The translations under genes were made by a program, and so were the position numbers. A DNA stretch of 23,278 nt from an uncultured archaeon (GTDB taxonomy: Archaea > Altiarchaeota > Altiarchaeia > IMC4 > SCGC-AAA252-I15), in the NCBI GenBank assembly GCA_902384455.1, contig CABMCB010000027.1, positions 1 through 23,278 on the forward strand, written 5' to 3'. Numbering within the stretch: position 1 is the stretch's first letter; every line of letters begins with the position of its first letter. This document shows positions 1-8,085 of this stretch, one piece after another. Under the pieces are notes generated by a model. It worked only from the letters and a program-made list of their open reading frames with translations. It was not told the DNA's origin and ran no database searches.

Positions 1-246
1 GCTGCTGTCCCGCGCCATACCCCCCAACACCCTCGTCAAAACATCCTTAGTATGCTCCCCCCTCCAACTCCTAAGCCACCCGGCAACACGCGGCATATCC
101 TTACCCTCAAACACATCCGCCAAACCCGCAGGATCAACCCCCATAAACTCGCCCACAGAATCAAACACAGCCACCGGATACGGCTTAGGTCCGACACCAT
201 CAGACGACTCCGTAGGCCTCCTCGGTTGGAATACCCTTACTTCCAT
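1..246 (-). CDS. Hypothetical protein, N-terminal part (runs off the window start)
   Basis: Hand translation from ATG at 246 is open for 82 codons to position 1 (MEVRVFQPRRPTESSDGVGPKPYPVAVFDSVGEFMG...). Absent from the ORF track because there is no stop in the window. Confidence 0.7.
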   Translation of the reverse strand, partial: MEVRVFQPRRPTESSDGVGPKPYPVAVFDSVGEFMGVDPAGLADVFEGKDMPRVAGWLRSWRGEHTKDVLTRVLGGMARDSS

Positions 247-314
247 ATACCCTATAATTTTCGATTTGCCGGAAAAAAACGCGTTAACCCCCCATTAATG
301 TCTTTTGTTCCGCG

Positions 315-695
315 TCAGTTCAGGTACGGCTGTATGCTTTCCAGTAGTGTGTCTGGGTCTACCGGCTGGCTTAATGCGACGTTTACTTTGAATTCGTTCA
401 CAAGGCGCAGCTGGTTTGGCAGGGAAATCGGCTGGTTAGACAGTATCACGAGGTATTGAGTTGGGAATAAGCTCCGGAATTCCTTAAGGTGCTGGTATGT
501 GGTTTCCTCGTTGCAGTCGTCGCATGCCACAAGCACAAGATTGATTAATTTCACGTTAACTGGAATAGATTTCAAGGATGAGGCGAAATAGACTTGGTAC
601 CCTGCTTTAGTCAAAAGAACGTGAATCTCTTTGGTTAGAATAGCCTTGTGAGAAAGAAGAAGAATAACCGGACGTCCCAAGTTATTCTCGTGCAT
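315..695 (-). CDS. Stand-alone atypical receiver (CheY-like) domain protein
   Basis: Receiver-like pattern VILLLSH...LLTKAGYQV...NLVLVACDD...LVILSN...VALSQPVDPDTLLESI. ATG at 695 preferred over TTG at 728. Canonical acidic residues and Lys are replaced. Confidence 0.6.
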   Translation of the reverse strand: MHENNLGRPVILLLSHKAILTKEIHVLLTKAGYQVYFASSLKSIPVNVKLINLVLVACDDCNEETTYQHLKEFRSLFPTQYLVILSNQPISLPNQLRLVNEFKVNVALSQPVDPDTLLESIQPYLN

Positions 696-835
696 TGAGG
701 TTGCCTCACTTATGGCTTTAAACGGCAAGACTATTTAAATTAAATTTTAATACGATTAGGCTTCACCGCCATTCATAGCCTCACACTTAGCGTATTTCCC
801 AAGCTTATTACCCCCGTCGCCTTTGTCTGTACTGT

Positions 836-1312
836 ATGCTAGAACCGCTCTTTGACTGGTTATTCTACCTAGTACGCCACTTCGGCCTTCCCGGCCTATT
901 CTTCTCTTCCTTACTGATATCCACCATTTTCGTCCCTTTCAACGTGGAATTCCTATTTCCTATACTGCTTAAGGCGGGGATTGGCAGGTTCCCCATAATA
1001 GTTGCGGCGACAGTAGGCTCATTATGCGGCACGCTCATAAACTATTACATCGGTTACAAAGGCGTTGGACTGCTGAACAAGCACGTAAAAAAGAAGGACT
1101 TGGACAAAGCCTCCCACATAATGAACGAGTACGGCTGGATAGGGCTGCTTGCGGTGACTGTTGCGCCCATACTCTCTGTAGACCCTCTAACAATAATCTG
1201 CGGCGCCACCCGGATGAACATATGGGAATTCATCCTAGTGGTGGCAGTAGGCAAGTTCCTAAAGTACGCTATAGTGCTAGGGTTAATAGAACTGCTTTTC
1301 AGGATGATCTGA
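836..1312 (+). CDS. DedA/YqaA family (VTT domain) membrane protein
   Basis: Hydrophobic 158 aa with SSLLISTIFVPFNVE, ATVGSLCGTLINYYIG, DPLTIICG and GKFLKY motifs typical of YqaA-like DedA proteins. Confidence 0.85.
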   Translation: MLEPLFDWLFYLVRHFGLPGLFFSSLLISTIFVPFNVEFLFPILLKAGIGRFPIIVAATVGSLCGTLINYYIGYKGVGLLNKHVKKKDLDKASHIMNEYGWIGLLAVTVAPILSVDPLTIICGATRMNIWEFILVVAVGKFLKYAIVLGLIELLFRMI

Positions 1313-1337
1313 GGCCTGTTTCGCGCGAAGGGCGAGG

Positions 1338-2261
1338 TTATTTTCTATAGTGGGATTTTGAGTACATGTAGAGCGTTATGTACTGTTTCCCCTCCCAACG
1401 TTGAGGTCCTAGGTAAGTAAATATGACTACGTCTTCTACTGTGTTTTGAGCTGACTCGGTAAGAGTCAATGGAAGGGTTTTGTTGCCTGGCGTATGGACA
1501 TAATATTTGACTTCTACCGCGAACCCTCCCGCGTCGTAGGTTATGTTATGGAGCTTGAATGTGTACCCCCAGAAGTCGTCCTTGCTCCAGTCAGCATTGT
1601 TGATCTCAATACCCGCTGTATACTCGCGAGGAACATAACCCAAATCCCCCTCTTTCCTGCAGCCTAACCCCGCAACGCACCTTTCCGTTTTGCTGTCGCA
1701 TTTTGTGACCGAAAACTGCTCGGTTCGGCCTAGGCATCTCTTCTTGAAGAAGTCGCAGTAGCTTACTGTCTGGGTGGTTCTTACGGTGTTGTCCAGGCAG
1801 GTGAGACTTCCGTATGTTATTGGTCCGCAATCGTCGTTTTCAGTGCATGTGTCTGCCGGGGGCAGTGTTGTGGTCGACGTCTTTGTTGTCGTAGTCTGCT
1901 TTACCGTGGTCGTGGTGGGCTTCACTGTTGTGGTTGTTTTTATTGTTGTTGAAGGTGGTTTGGTTGTGGTGGTTTTCAGTGTTGTGGTTGTATTCGTCGA
2001 ATTGGTTTTTGCTGTGACGTTTGCGGTTTTTATCGTGGTGGACGTTGCGTTTGTTTTTGTAGTATTCTTCTTTATTGTTGTCGTGGTTTGTGCTGGATTT
2101 GTTGTTTCGTCTTTGTCGCATATTGCGTTTGAGTTTTTGTCTAGGCAGCAGTCTTGCCCTACTCTGATGTAAGGGTGGTTGCAGATTACTTCAGGTTGGC
2201 TTTGGAGGCAGCCTGAAGCCAATGTGATGCAAAACAGGAAGAAAACAACGTATTTTTTCAT
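1338..2261 (-). CDS. Thr-rich, Cys-rich surface lipoprotein
   Basis: MKKY + hydrophobic stretch + SGCL lipobox; CNHPYIRVGQDCCLDKNSNAICD module; long Thr/Lys linker; Cys-rich domain and beta-rich C-terminus. Confidence 0.8.
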   Translation of the reverse strand: MKKYVVFFLFCITLASGCLQSQPEVICNHPYIRVGQDCCLDKNSNAICDKDETTNPAQTTTTIKKNTTKTNATSTTIKTANVTAKTNSTNTTTTLKTTTTKPPSTTIKTTTTVKPTTTTVKQTTTTKTSTTTLPPADTCTENDDCGPITYGSLTCLDNTVRTTQTVSYCDFFKKRCLGRTEQFSVTKCDSKTERCVAGLGCRKEGDLGYVPREYTAGIEINNADWSKDDFWGYTFKLHNITYDAGGFAVEVKYYVHTPGNKTLPLTLTESAQNTVEDVVIFTYLGPQRWEGKQYITLYMYSKSHYRK

Positions 2262-2676
2262 TGCTTAAAATATTCGGCTTATCATTAAATACTCTCCCTT
2301 GTGGAAGGTGATTGTTTGGTTGTGTCGGCTTTCATTTTTATGGTTGTTTTGGTTGAGTTGGTTTTTGCGGTGTTGCCGGCGGTTTTATCGTGGTTTTGGT
2401 TGTTGAGTTTTGTTTTATCGTGGTGGACGTTGCGTTTGTTTTTGTAGTATTTTTCTTTATTGTTGTCGTGGTTTGTGCTGGATTTGTTGTTTCGTCTTTG
2501 TCGCATATTGCGTTTGAGTCATTGTCCAAACAGCAGTCTTGCCCTACCCTAATGTAAGGGTGGTTGCAGATTACTTCAGGTTGGCTTTGGAGGCAGCCTG
2601 AAATTAATGTGATGCAAAACAGGAAGAAAACGACGTACTTCTTCATTGCTTAAAATATTCCGTCAATCATTAAATA
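2028..2676. repeat. Direct repeat pair, ~264 bp (2028-2291 and 2413-2676, offset 385 bp)
   Basis: Near-identical sequence covering the promoter, signal peptide and first ~78 codons of the two paralogous lipoprotein genes. Confidence 0.9.
2285..2646 (-). pseudogene. Truncated, frameshifted paralogue of the 1338..2261 lipoprotein
   Basis: N-terminus nearly identical to its neighbour. The frame stops at 2338, but the homologous TAxxTAKTNST continues in another frame to 2285 after a T4 run (2383-2386) that corresponds to T5 (2027-2031) in the intact copy. No C-terminal domains. Confidence 0.6.
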
Positions 2677-2689
2677 GCATTCGGTCAGT

Positions 2690-3073
2690 TCATCCGCAGT
2701 AGCATTTTCCTTCCGGGTTGGCGAATGTCCCCGGCTGGTACTTGCATTTCTTTCCGTTGCTGCATGCTCCCTTTGAGCATTCGCTTGCGAAGCGGGGCAT
2801 GTTGATTTGGCCGCATGAGATGGTTGGGGCTTTGGTTGTGGTTGTTTCGGTTTGGGGTGTTGTTGATGTTGTTGATTCTGTTGTCGTTGTGGTTGTTGGG
2901 GTCGTTGTGGTTGTTGTGGGTTTAATTGTGGCTTTGGGTATGGGTTCTAGTATGTCTGGTGGAACTGTGACGTTTATTACTTCTGTTTCGGAATCTGTTT
3001 TTTTCAGGTTGTTTAAGCATCCGCTGGTTACAACTAGAAGCGCAGCCAAGATTACGGCAACCTCCAGACGCAT
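2690..3073 (-). CDS. Small Thr-rich lipoprotein with C-terminal six-Cys domain
   Basis: TSGCL lipobox, poly-Thr stalk, then SCG...ECSKGACSNGKKC...KCYCG. Confidence 0.8.
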   Translation of the reverse strand: MRLEVAVILAALLVVTSGCLNNLKKTDSETEVINVTVPPDILEPIPKATIKPTTTTTTPTTTTTTESTTSTTPQTETTTTKAPTISCGQINMPRFASECSKGACSNGKKCKYQPGTFANPEGKCYCG

Positions 3074-3165
3074 GGAGTATCTTTTACTTGGGCGAGGATA
3101 TAAATTTCCGGCTTTTTATCTTTCCCAACGTAAGGTTAAGGACAAGCATTAAACCTGTTGCCTGC

Positions 3166-3807
3166 ATGGAAATACTTACTCAGATAATCGACGTTTTCCT
3201 ACATCTGGATTCACACCTAAATTCGGTCATCCAGCAGTACGGCGCATTAACGTACGCAATCCTGTTTTTCGTAATCTTCCTTGAAACAGGGTTTGTAGTA
3301 ACCCCCTTTCTCCCTGGTGACTCGCTTCTTTTTGCCGCAGGCACATTCGCGTCTTTAGGCTCGCTGGACGTAAAATTATTGTTCCTGCTTTTGACTGCCG
3401 CCGCAATACTAGGCGACACCGTAAACTACTGGATTGGGCATAAGGTGGGGCCTAAGGTGTTTCGCGAGGAAAACGTCCGCTTCCTAAACAAAAATCACCT
3501 TAAGCGGACTGAGGAGTTCTACGAGAAGCACGGCGGGAAAACAATCATTATCGCGCGCTTCATTCCGGTCATAAGGACGTTTGCCCCGTTTGTGGCGGGG
3601 ATAGGCCGTATGAGTTATCCGCGTTTTTTGAGTTTCAATGTTATAGGGGGTGTTGCTTGGAATGGGCTTTTCATTTTTGGCGGGTATTATTTCGGTAATA
3701 TTCCGGTTATCAAGCAGAATTTTTCGTTGGCTATAATTGCGATAATTGTGATTTCTTTTCTGCCTGGTGTGGTGGAGTTGGCGCGTTCTAGGGTCAAAAA
3801 GAATTAG
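3166..3807 (+). CDS. dedA: DedA family membrane protein
   Basis: FLETGFVVTPFLPGDSLLFAAG, AAILGDTVNYWIG, FYEKHGGKTIIIARFIPVIRTFAPFVAG. ATG at 3166 (MEILTQ) preferred over 3088. Confidence 0.93.
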   Translation: MEILTQIIDVFLHLDSHLNSVIQQYGALTYAILFFVIFLETGFVVTPFLPGDSLLFAAGTFASLGSLDVKLLFLLLTAAAILGDTVNYWIGHKVGPKVFREENVRFLNKNHLKRTEEFYEKHGGKTIIIARFIPVIRTFAPFVAGIGRMSYPRFLSFNVIGGVAWNGLFIFGGYYFGNIPVIKQNFSLAIIAIIVISFLPGVVELARSRVKKN

Positions 3808-3860
3808 TTCCGTCCTTTTATTCTGGGTTGCTCTAATCCCTCTGTAAGCGGGGGCGTGTT

Positions 3861-4598
3861 ATGGCTCGTTTCAATCGTTTGTTGGTGGCTGTTGGTGCGG
3901 CGTTGTTGTTGACGTCGGTTTTTCTGTACCTTTTTGATTATCTCCTGTTTAAGGGGCAGGTGTACATCTATTTTCTTTCTGATTTGGCGTTCATGCCGCT
4001 TGAGGTTCTTTTGGTGACCCTTATTCTTAGGCAGGTTTTGAATGAGCAGGAGAAGCGCACTCAGTTGGAGAAGATGAATATGGTGGTGGGCGCGTTCTAC
4101 AGCGAAGTTGGTGTAAGGTTGATTACGGAGTTTTCGCGCTTAGATCCTCAGGTGGAGGATGTGCGCGAGGAGCTTTTGGTCACTGACCGGTGGAGTGACC
4201 AGCAGTTTTTGTCGGTGCGGGCTAAGCTGAAGTCTTTTGATTACTCCGTTGACATACATGAGGCGAATCTTGTTGAGCTTAAGGCGTTTCTTGTCAAGAA
4301 AAGGGAGTTTCTCGTCCGAATACTTGAGAACCCCATGCTTCTGGAGCATCAGTCTTTCACGGAACTTTTGAGGGCCGTTTTCCATATTACTGAGGAGTTG
4401 GAGGCGCGCAAGAGTCTTAGCGGTCTTCCTGAGTCTGATTTGGCTCATTTGGCGTTGGATGTAAAGAGGGCGTATAATCCGTTGGTTTCGGAGTGGTTGG
4501 ATTACATGAAGTATATGAAGTCTAATTATCCTTACTTGTTTTCGTTGGCTATGAGGACGAATCCGTTTGATGTGAACGCGTCGCCTATAGTTAAATAA
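3861..4598 (+). CDS. Conserved hypothetical membrane protein (two N-terminal TM helices)
   Basis: 245-aa ORF with DLAFMPLEVLLVTLI, LEKMNMVVGAFYSEVG, LENPMLLEHQSFTELLRAVFH and YPYLFSLAMRTNPF; resembles an uncharacterised family I recall from anaerobes and methanogens. Confidence 0.8.
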   Translation: MARFNRLLVAVGAALLLTSVFLYLFDYLLFKGQVYIYFLSDLAFMPLEVLLVTLILRQVLNEQEKRTQLEKMNMVVGAFYSEVGVRLITEFSRLDPQVEDVREELLVTDRWSDQQFLSVRAKLKSFDYSVDIHEANLVELKAFLVKKREFLVRILENPMLLEHQSFTELLRAVFHITEELEARKSLSGLPESDLAHLALDVKRAYNPLVSEWLDYMKYMKSNYPYLFSLAMRTNPFDVNASPIVK

Positions 4599-4625
4599 GG
4601 GCCGTGAGAAATAGGGTTAGAACCT

Positions 4626-5606
4626 ATGGATGCTATTGAGACCGTCGGTTTGACGAAGAAATTCGATTCTCTTACCGCGGTAGATTCGCTAAACCTCAGC
4701 ATTCCGCAGGGTGAGGTTTTCGGTTTGCTTGGGCCTAACGGCGCTGGCAAGACGACGACGCTGAATATTTTGTGTACTATCCTTAGGCCTACGTTTGGGT
4801 TTGCTAAGGTGAATGGCGTTGATGTCATGAAGGATCCTGATGCTGTCCGTAAGTCGATTGGGATTGTGTTTCAGGATCCTGCTTTGGATGTTCGTTTAAC
4901 TGCTCGGGAGAATTTGGAGATGCACGCGGAGCTTTATGAAGTCGACTCTGAGGTGGCTTCGAAGAGGATTACTGAGCTTTTGGCTTTGGTTGAGTTGGAT
5001 TCGCGGGCTAATGATTTGGTTAAGACTTATTCTGGGGGTATGAAGCGTCGTTTGGAGATTGCCCGCGGTTTGATTCATCACCCAAGCGTCTTGTTTTTGG
5101 ATGAGCCAACAATCGGTCTTGATCCTCAGACTAGAAGTAAGATTTGGGGTCATATTGAGCGGCTTTCCAAGGAGGAGGACATCACTATCGTCTTGACGAC
5201 TCATTATATGGAGGAGGCGGAGAAGTTGTGCGACCGGGTGGGCATAATAGACCACGGCAAGATTGTGGCTTTGGGGAAGCCGTCTGAGTTAATCCATTCT
5301 GTGGGTGAGGATATTGCGTCGCTTACTTTGGAGGATAATTCGAAGGCGAAGGAATTTGAGTCTCTTAAGTCGGTGAAGAAGGTTTTTGTGGGCGAGACTG
5401 TGCGGCTTGTTCTTGTTGACGGCGCAAGTTCAGTCCCCTCACTTTTTGATTTTGCCGCAAAGAAAGGCATCAAGATTCGCTCGCTTACTTTGCAGACTCC
5501 CACTCTAAACGACGTCTTTCTGCATTTCGTCGGGCGCGAAATAAGGGAGGAGCACGCTGACGGGAAGACTTTGATGAGGCTTCGCATGAGACGGAGGGGC
5601 ATGTGA
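4626..5606 (+). CDS. ABC transporter ATP-binding protein (DrrA-like)
   Basis: Walker A GPNGAGKTT, signature YSGGMKRR, Walker B LFLDEPT, H-loop TTHYMEEA, C-terminal PTLNDVFL. Confidence 0.95.
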   Translation: MDAIETVGLTKKFDSLTAVDSLNLSIPQGEVFGLLGPNGAGKTTTLNILCTILRPTFGFAKVNGVDVMKDPDAVRKSIGIVFQDPALDVRLTARENLEMHAELYEVDSEVASKRITELLALVELDSRANDLVKTYSGGMKRRLEIARGLIHHPSVLFLDEPTIGLDPQTRSKIWGHIERLSKEEDITIVLTTHYMEEAEKLCDRVGIIDHGKIVALGKPSELIHSVGEDIASLTLEDNSKAKEFESLKSVKKVFVGETVRLVLVDGASSVPSLFDFAAKKGIKIRSLTLQTPTLNDVFLHFVGREIREEHADGKTLMRLRMRRRGM

Positions 5607-6358
5607 TGAACATACGCGCAATAAGAATCATCTGGGTTCGTGAAATTCTAGTGCAACTGCGCGACAGGGCAGGCCTGATTAGTTCTGTTGCGAGGTCTTT
5701 GGTTTGGCTTCTTATGATGGGGGGTGGTTTTGGTGCGGCGCGGTTTGCTGGTTTGACCGTTGATTATCAGGCGTTTATTTTGCCGGGGATTGTTGCAATG
5801 TCTTTGCAGTTTACGTCTATCCGTTCGGGTATTTCAGTCATCTGGGATCGTGAGTTCGGTTTTATGAAGGAGATTTTGGTGTCGCCTGCGTCTAGGTTTT
5901 CGATTATGGCGGGGAAGGTGCTTGGTGGCGTGACTGTTTCTTTGGGCGAGTCGGCGATTATTCTTGCGTTGGGGCCTTTTTTGGGTGTTCATCTTACTGT
6001 CGTGAGTTTTGCGGAGTCTATTGCGATTATGGCGTTGATTTCTGCGACTCTTGTGAGCATGGGTCTTGTTGTTTCGGCTTTTCTTAAGACGTTTGAGGGG
6101 TTTCAGACTATCATGACTTTCATCATTATGCCGATGTTCTTTTTGTCAGGGGCTTTGTTCCCTCTTGACGGGATTCCCAGTTGGATGGTGCCTTTTACTG
6201 TCCTTAATCCTCTTACTTACGCCGTTGATGCTCTTAGAATAGTTTTAATCGGGGTCGGTAACGGGCATCTTAGTCTTGAAGGCGACTTGCTGGTGTTGCT
6301 TTGTGCGTTGGCTGTGACTATGGCGTTGGGTACCGGCGCGTTCAAGAAGAGCGAGTAG
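5603..6358 (+). CDS. ABC-2 type permease (DrrB-like)
   Basis: Overlaps the ATPase stop (GTGA; the ATG at 5606 is an alternative start); about 6 TM segments; DREFGFMKEILVSP, PMFFLSGALFP, NPLTYAVDALR. Confidence 0.93.
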   Translation: MMNIRAIRIIWVREILVQLRDRAGLISSVARSLVWLLMMGGGFGAARFAGLTVDYQAFILPGIVAMSLQFTSIRSGISVIWDREFGFMKEILVSPASRFSIMAGKVLGGVTVSLGESAIILALGPFLGVHLTVVSFAESIAIMALISATLVSMGLVVSAFLKTFEGFQTIMTFIIMPMFFLSGALFPLDGIPSWMVPFTVLNPLTYAVDALRIVLIGVGNGHLSLEGDLLVLLCALAVTMALGTGAFKKSE

Positions 6359-6363
6359 GGAGT

Positions 6364-7737
6364 TTATTGCGCGTATTCCAGCAGTTCCTCTACTTTGTGC
6401 ATGTGCAGGACGTTGGTTATGTGGCGTTTTTTGGAGTACATTCTTCCTGTGAATAGCACCAAGTCGTGTGGTTTGAGGAGCCCTATTTTTACTAGGTGTT
6501 TTGCTGCGTGGGGTATTTGCTCTACGTGGGTTGGTTTGTACGCGATTGGGGTTACGCCGTATGTGAGTTCCAGTTTTCTTTTGGCGGTCGGTGACTCTAG
6601 GATGGCGATTATGTCTTCTTTGAGTCGGTAGCGGGATATGCGTTGGGCTGCGTAGCCGTATTGGGATAGCGTGACGACTTTGGATACCTGGAATTTTTCG
6701 CATATCTTGTGGACTGCGTCTGCTATTGAGTCGTCTACTGAGGCTGATTCTGAGAACTGTATTCTGCTGTGGACGTAGGGCTCCAGTTCGTTTGCTATGC
6801 GGTTCATTACGTTGACTGCTTCTATGGGGTAGGCGCCTATCGCGGTCTCGTCGGACAGCATAATGGCGTCTGCTCCGTCAAGTATTGCGTTTGCGACGTC
6901 GCTTGTTTCTGCGCGGGGGGGTCTGGCCTCCTTTATCATGCTTTTTAGCATTTCTGTGGCGACTATTACGGGTTTGCCTGCTTCGTTGCAGTCCCATATG
7001 AGTTGTTTTTGTATTACGGGTAGTTTTTCGGATGGTACTTCTACTCCTAGGTCTCCTCTTGCGACCATTATGCCGTCTGATGCGGCAATTATTTCCGGTA
7101 GGTGGTCTAGGCTTTCTCTGCTTTCTATTTTGGAGATGATTCCTATTTCGGTGGCTTTGAGTTTTTTCCTCAGTCCTTCCACGTCGCTTTCTGTGCGGGT
7201 GAACGAAAGCGCGATGAAGTCCGCATCTTTTTCTTTTGCGTAAGCTATGACTTCCTTGTCCCAGGGCGTGAATAGTCCGAAGTCGATGTGTCTGCCTGGT
7301 ATGTTTACGCCTTTGTTTTTCCTCAAAAATCCTCCTATGTGGACTTTGAGCTTTATTTTGTGGTCTACTTTCTCGACGACTTCCGTCTTTATCATCCCGT
7401 CGGACAGGTATACTGTGTCGCCTACCTGCACTTCCTCGTAGAAGTCTCGGTTGAAGTACCTGCCTTCTTGTTTGCCGAATCCTACGGTGAAGACGTCGCC
7501 TTTCTTTACTGTGTCGTCGTCGGGGCTTTGTATCCTCATCTCAGGCCCCTTTATGTCGAACATTATGGGTATGTCGGCTACTTTCCTTATGTTCTCAACG
7601 ATGCAGTCGTATTCGGAGAGGTTGCCGTGGGCCGTGTTTATTCGCGCGGCGCTCATGCCGGCTTTGACCATCTGCTTTAGTTTTTGTGTGCCGGTGCATG
7701 CGGGGCCGATTGTTGCGACGATTTTTGTTTTCTTCAT
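6364..7737 (-). CDS. pyk: Pyruvate kinase
   Basis: KTKIVATIGPA, RINTAHG, DIKGPEMR, KGVNIPG, IISKIE, DGIMVARGDLGVE, KPVIVATEML, DVANAILDGADAIMLSDETA. Confidence 0.96.
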   Translation of the reverse strand: MKKTKIVATIGPACTGTQKLKQMVKAGMSAARINTAHGNLSEYDCIVENIRKVADIPIMFDIKGPEMRIQSPDDDTVKKGDVFTVGFGKQEGRYFNRDFYEEVQVGDTVYLSDGMIKTEVVEKVDHKIKLKVHIGGFLRKNKGVNIPGRHIDFGLFTPWDKEVIAYAKEKDADFIALSFTRTESDVEGLRKKLKATEIGIISKIESRESLDHLPEIIAASDGIMVARGDLGVEVPSEKLPVIQKQLIWDCNEAGKPVIVATEMLKSMIKEARPPRAETSDVANAILDGADAIMLSDETAIGAYPIEAVNVMNRIANELEPYVHSRIQFSESASVDDSIADAVHKICEKFQVSKVVTLSQYGYAAQRISRYRLKEDIIAILESPTAKRKLELTYGVTPIAYKPTHVEQIPHAAKHLVKIGLLKPHDLVLFTGRMYSKKRHITNVLHMHKVEELLEYAQ

Positions 7738-7852
7738 CGTGTTTTAGTATTGTTTGTCTGCGTTGAAAAGTAGAGGGTTGGTTTTAGGGTTAGGTGTGAT
7801 AGAATTCAGATCGCTTTTTGGGTGTTGCCGGCGTTTGGTGCCGGGCGAGCTT

Positions 7853-7972
7853 CTAGAATCCAGTCGGTTTTTTCTTCGTGTTTTTGCCGCTGCGGTCGCC
7901 TTTCATTCTGTTCGCGTGCTTCATTTTTCTGCGCGCGTCGATGCGGCTGAACTTCTTCGTTCTCCAAGCCAT
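7853..7972 (-). CDS. Small, highly basic 39-aa protein
   Basis: ATG 7972 to TAG 7853: MAWRTKKFSRIDARRKMKHANRMKGDRSGKNTKKKPTGF (15 K/R). TATA-like CTTTTATA lies 22-29 nt upstream. Fills the pyk/rhodanese gap. Confidence 0.6.
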   Translation of the reverse strand: MAWRTKKFSRIDARRKMKHANRMKGDRSGKNTKKKPTGF

Positions 7973-7993
7973 GCTTCCTATACGTTTTTTCCG

Positions 7994-8001
7994 TATAAAA
8001 G
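7994..8001 (-). promoter_or_regulatory. Putative TATA box for the 39-aa ORF
   Basis: CTTTTATA on the - strand, preceded by an A-rich BRE-like stretch; spacing fits a leaderless transcript. Confidence 0.5.
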
Positions 8002-8054
8002 CATTATTTGCGGGGGGCTTGTGTAAAAGGCGGTAACCGAAGGGAAACGTGTGG

Positions 8055-8062
8055 TTATATAA
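8055..8062 (+). promoter_or_regulatory. Putative TATA box for 8086..8928
   Basis: TTATATAA ending 24 nt before ATG 8086. Confidence 0.55.
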
Positions 8063-8085
8063 TCCCCATGGGGCAATAACCTGTC

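Noticed and set aside
52-459. 135-aa + strand ORF
   Set aside because: Shadow of two - strand genes (1..246 and 315..695); R/H/P-rich composition from the C-rich strand.
1774-3152. Val-rich + strand ORFs (1774..2172, 2718..3152) and GTT/GTG repeats as a possible array
   Set aside because: Antisense of poly-Thr codons in the lipoprotein genes; no fixed repeat-spacer period, so not CRISPR.
7787-7855. Possible TAG readthrough of the 39-aa ORF
   Set aside because: The frame stays open for about 20 codons, but there is no motif support and TAG is an ordinary stop elsewhere in the window.
7754-8026. 90-aa + strand ORF
   Set aside because: TTG start, no promoter or recognisable motif; the antisense 39-aa ORF has better support.
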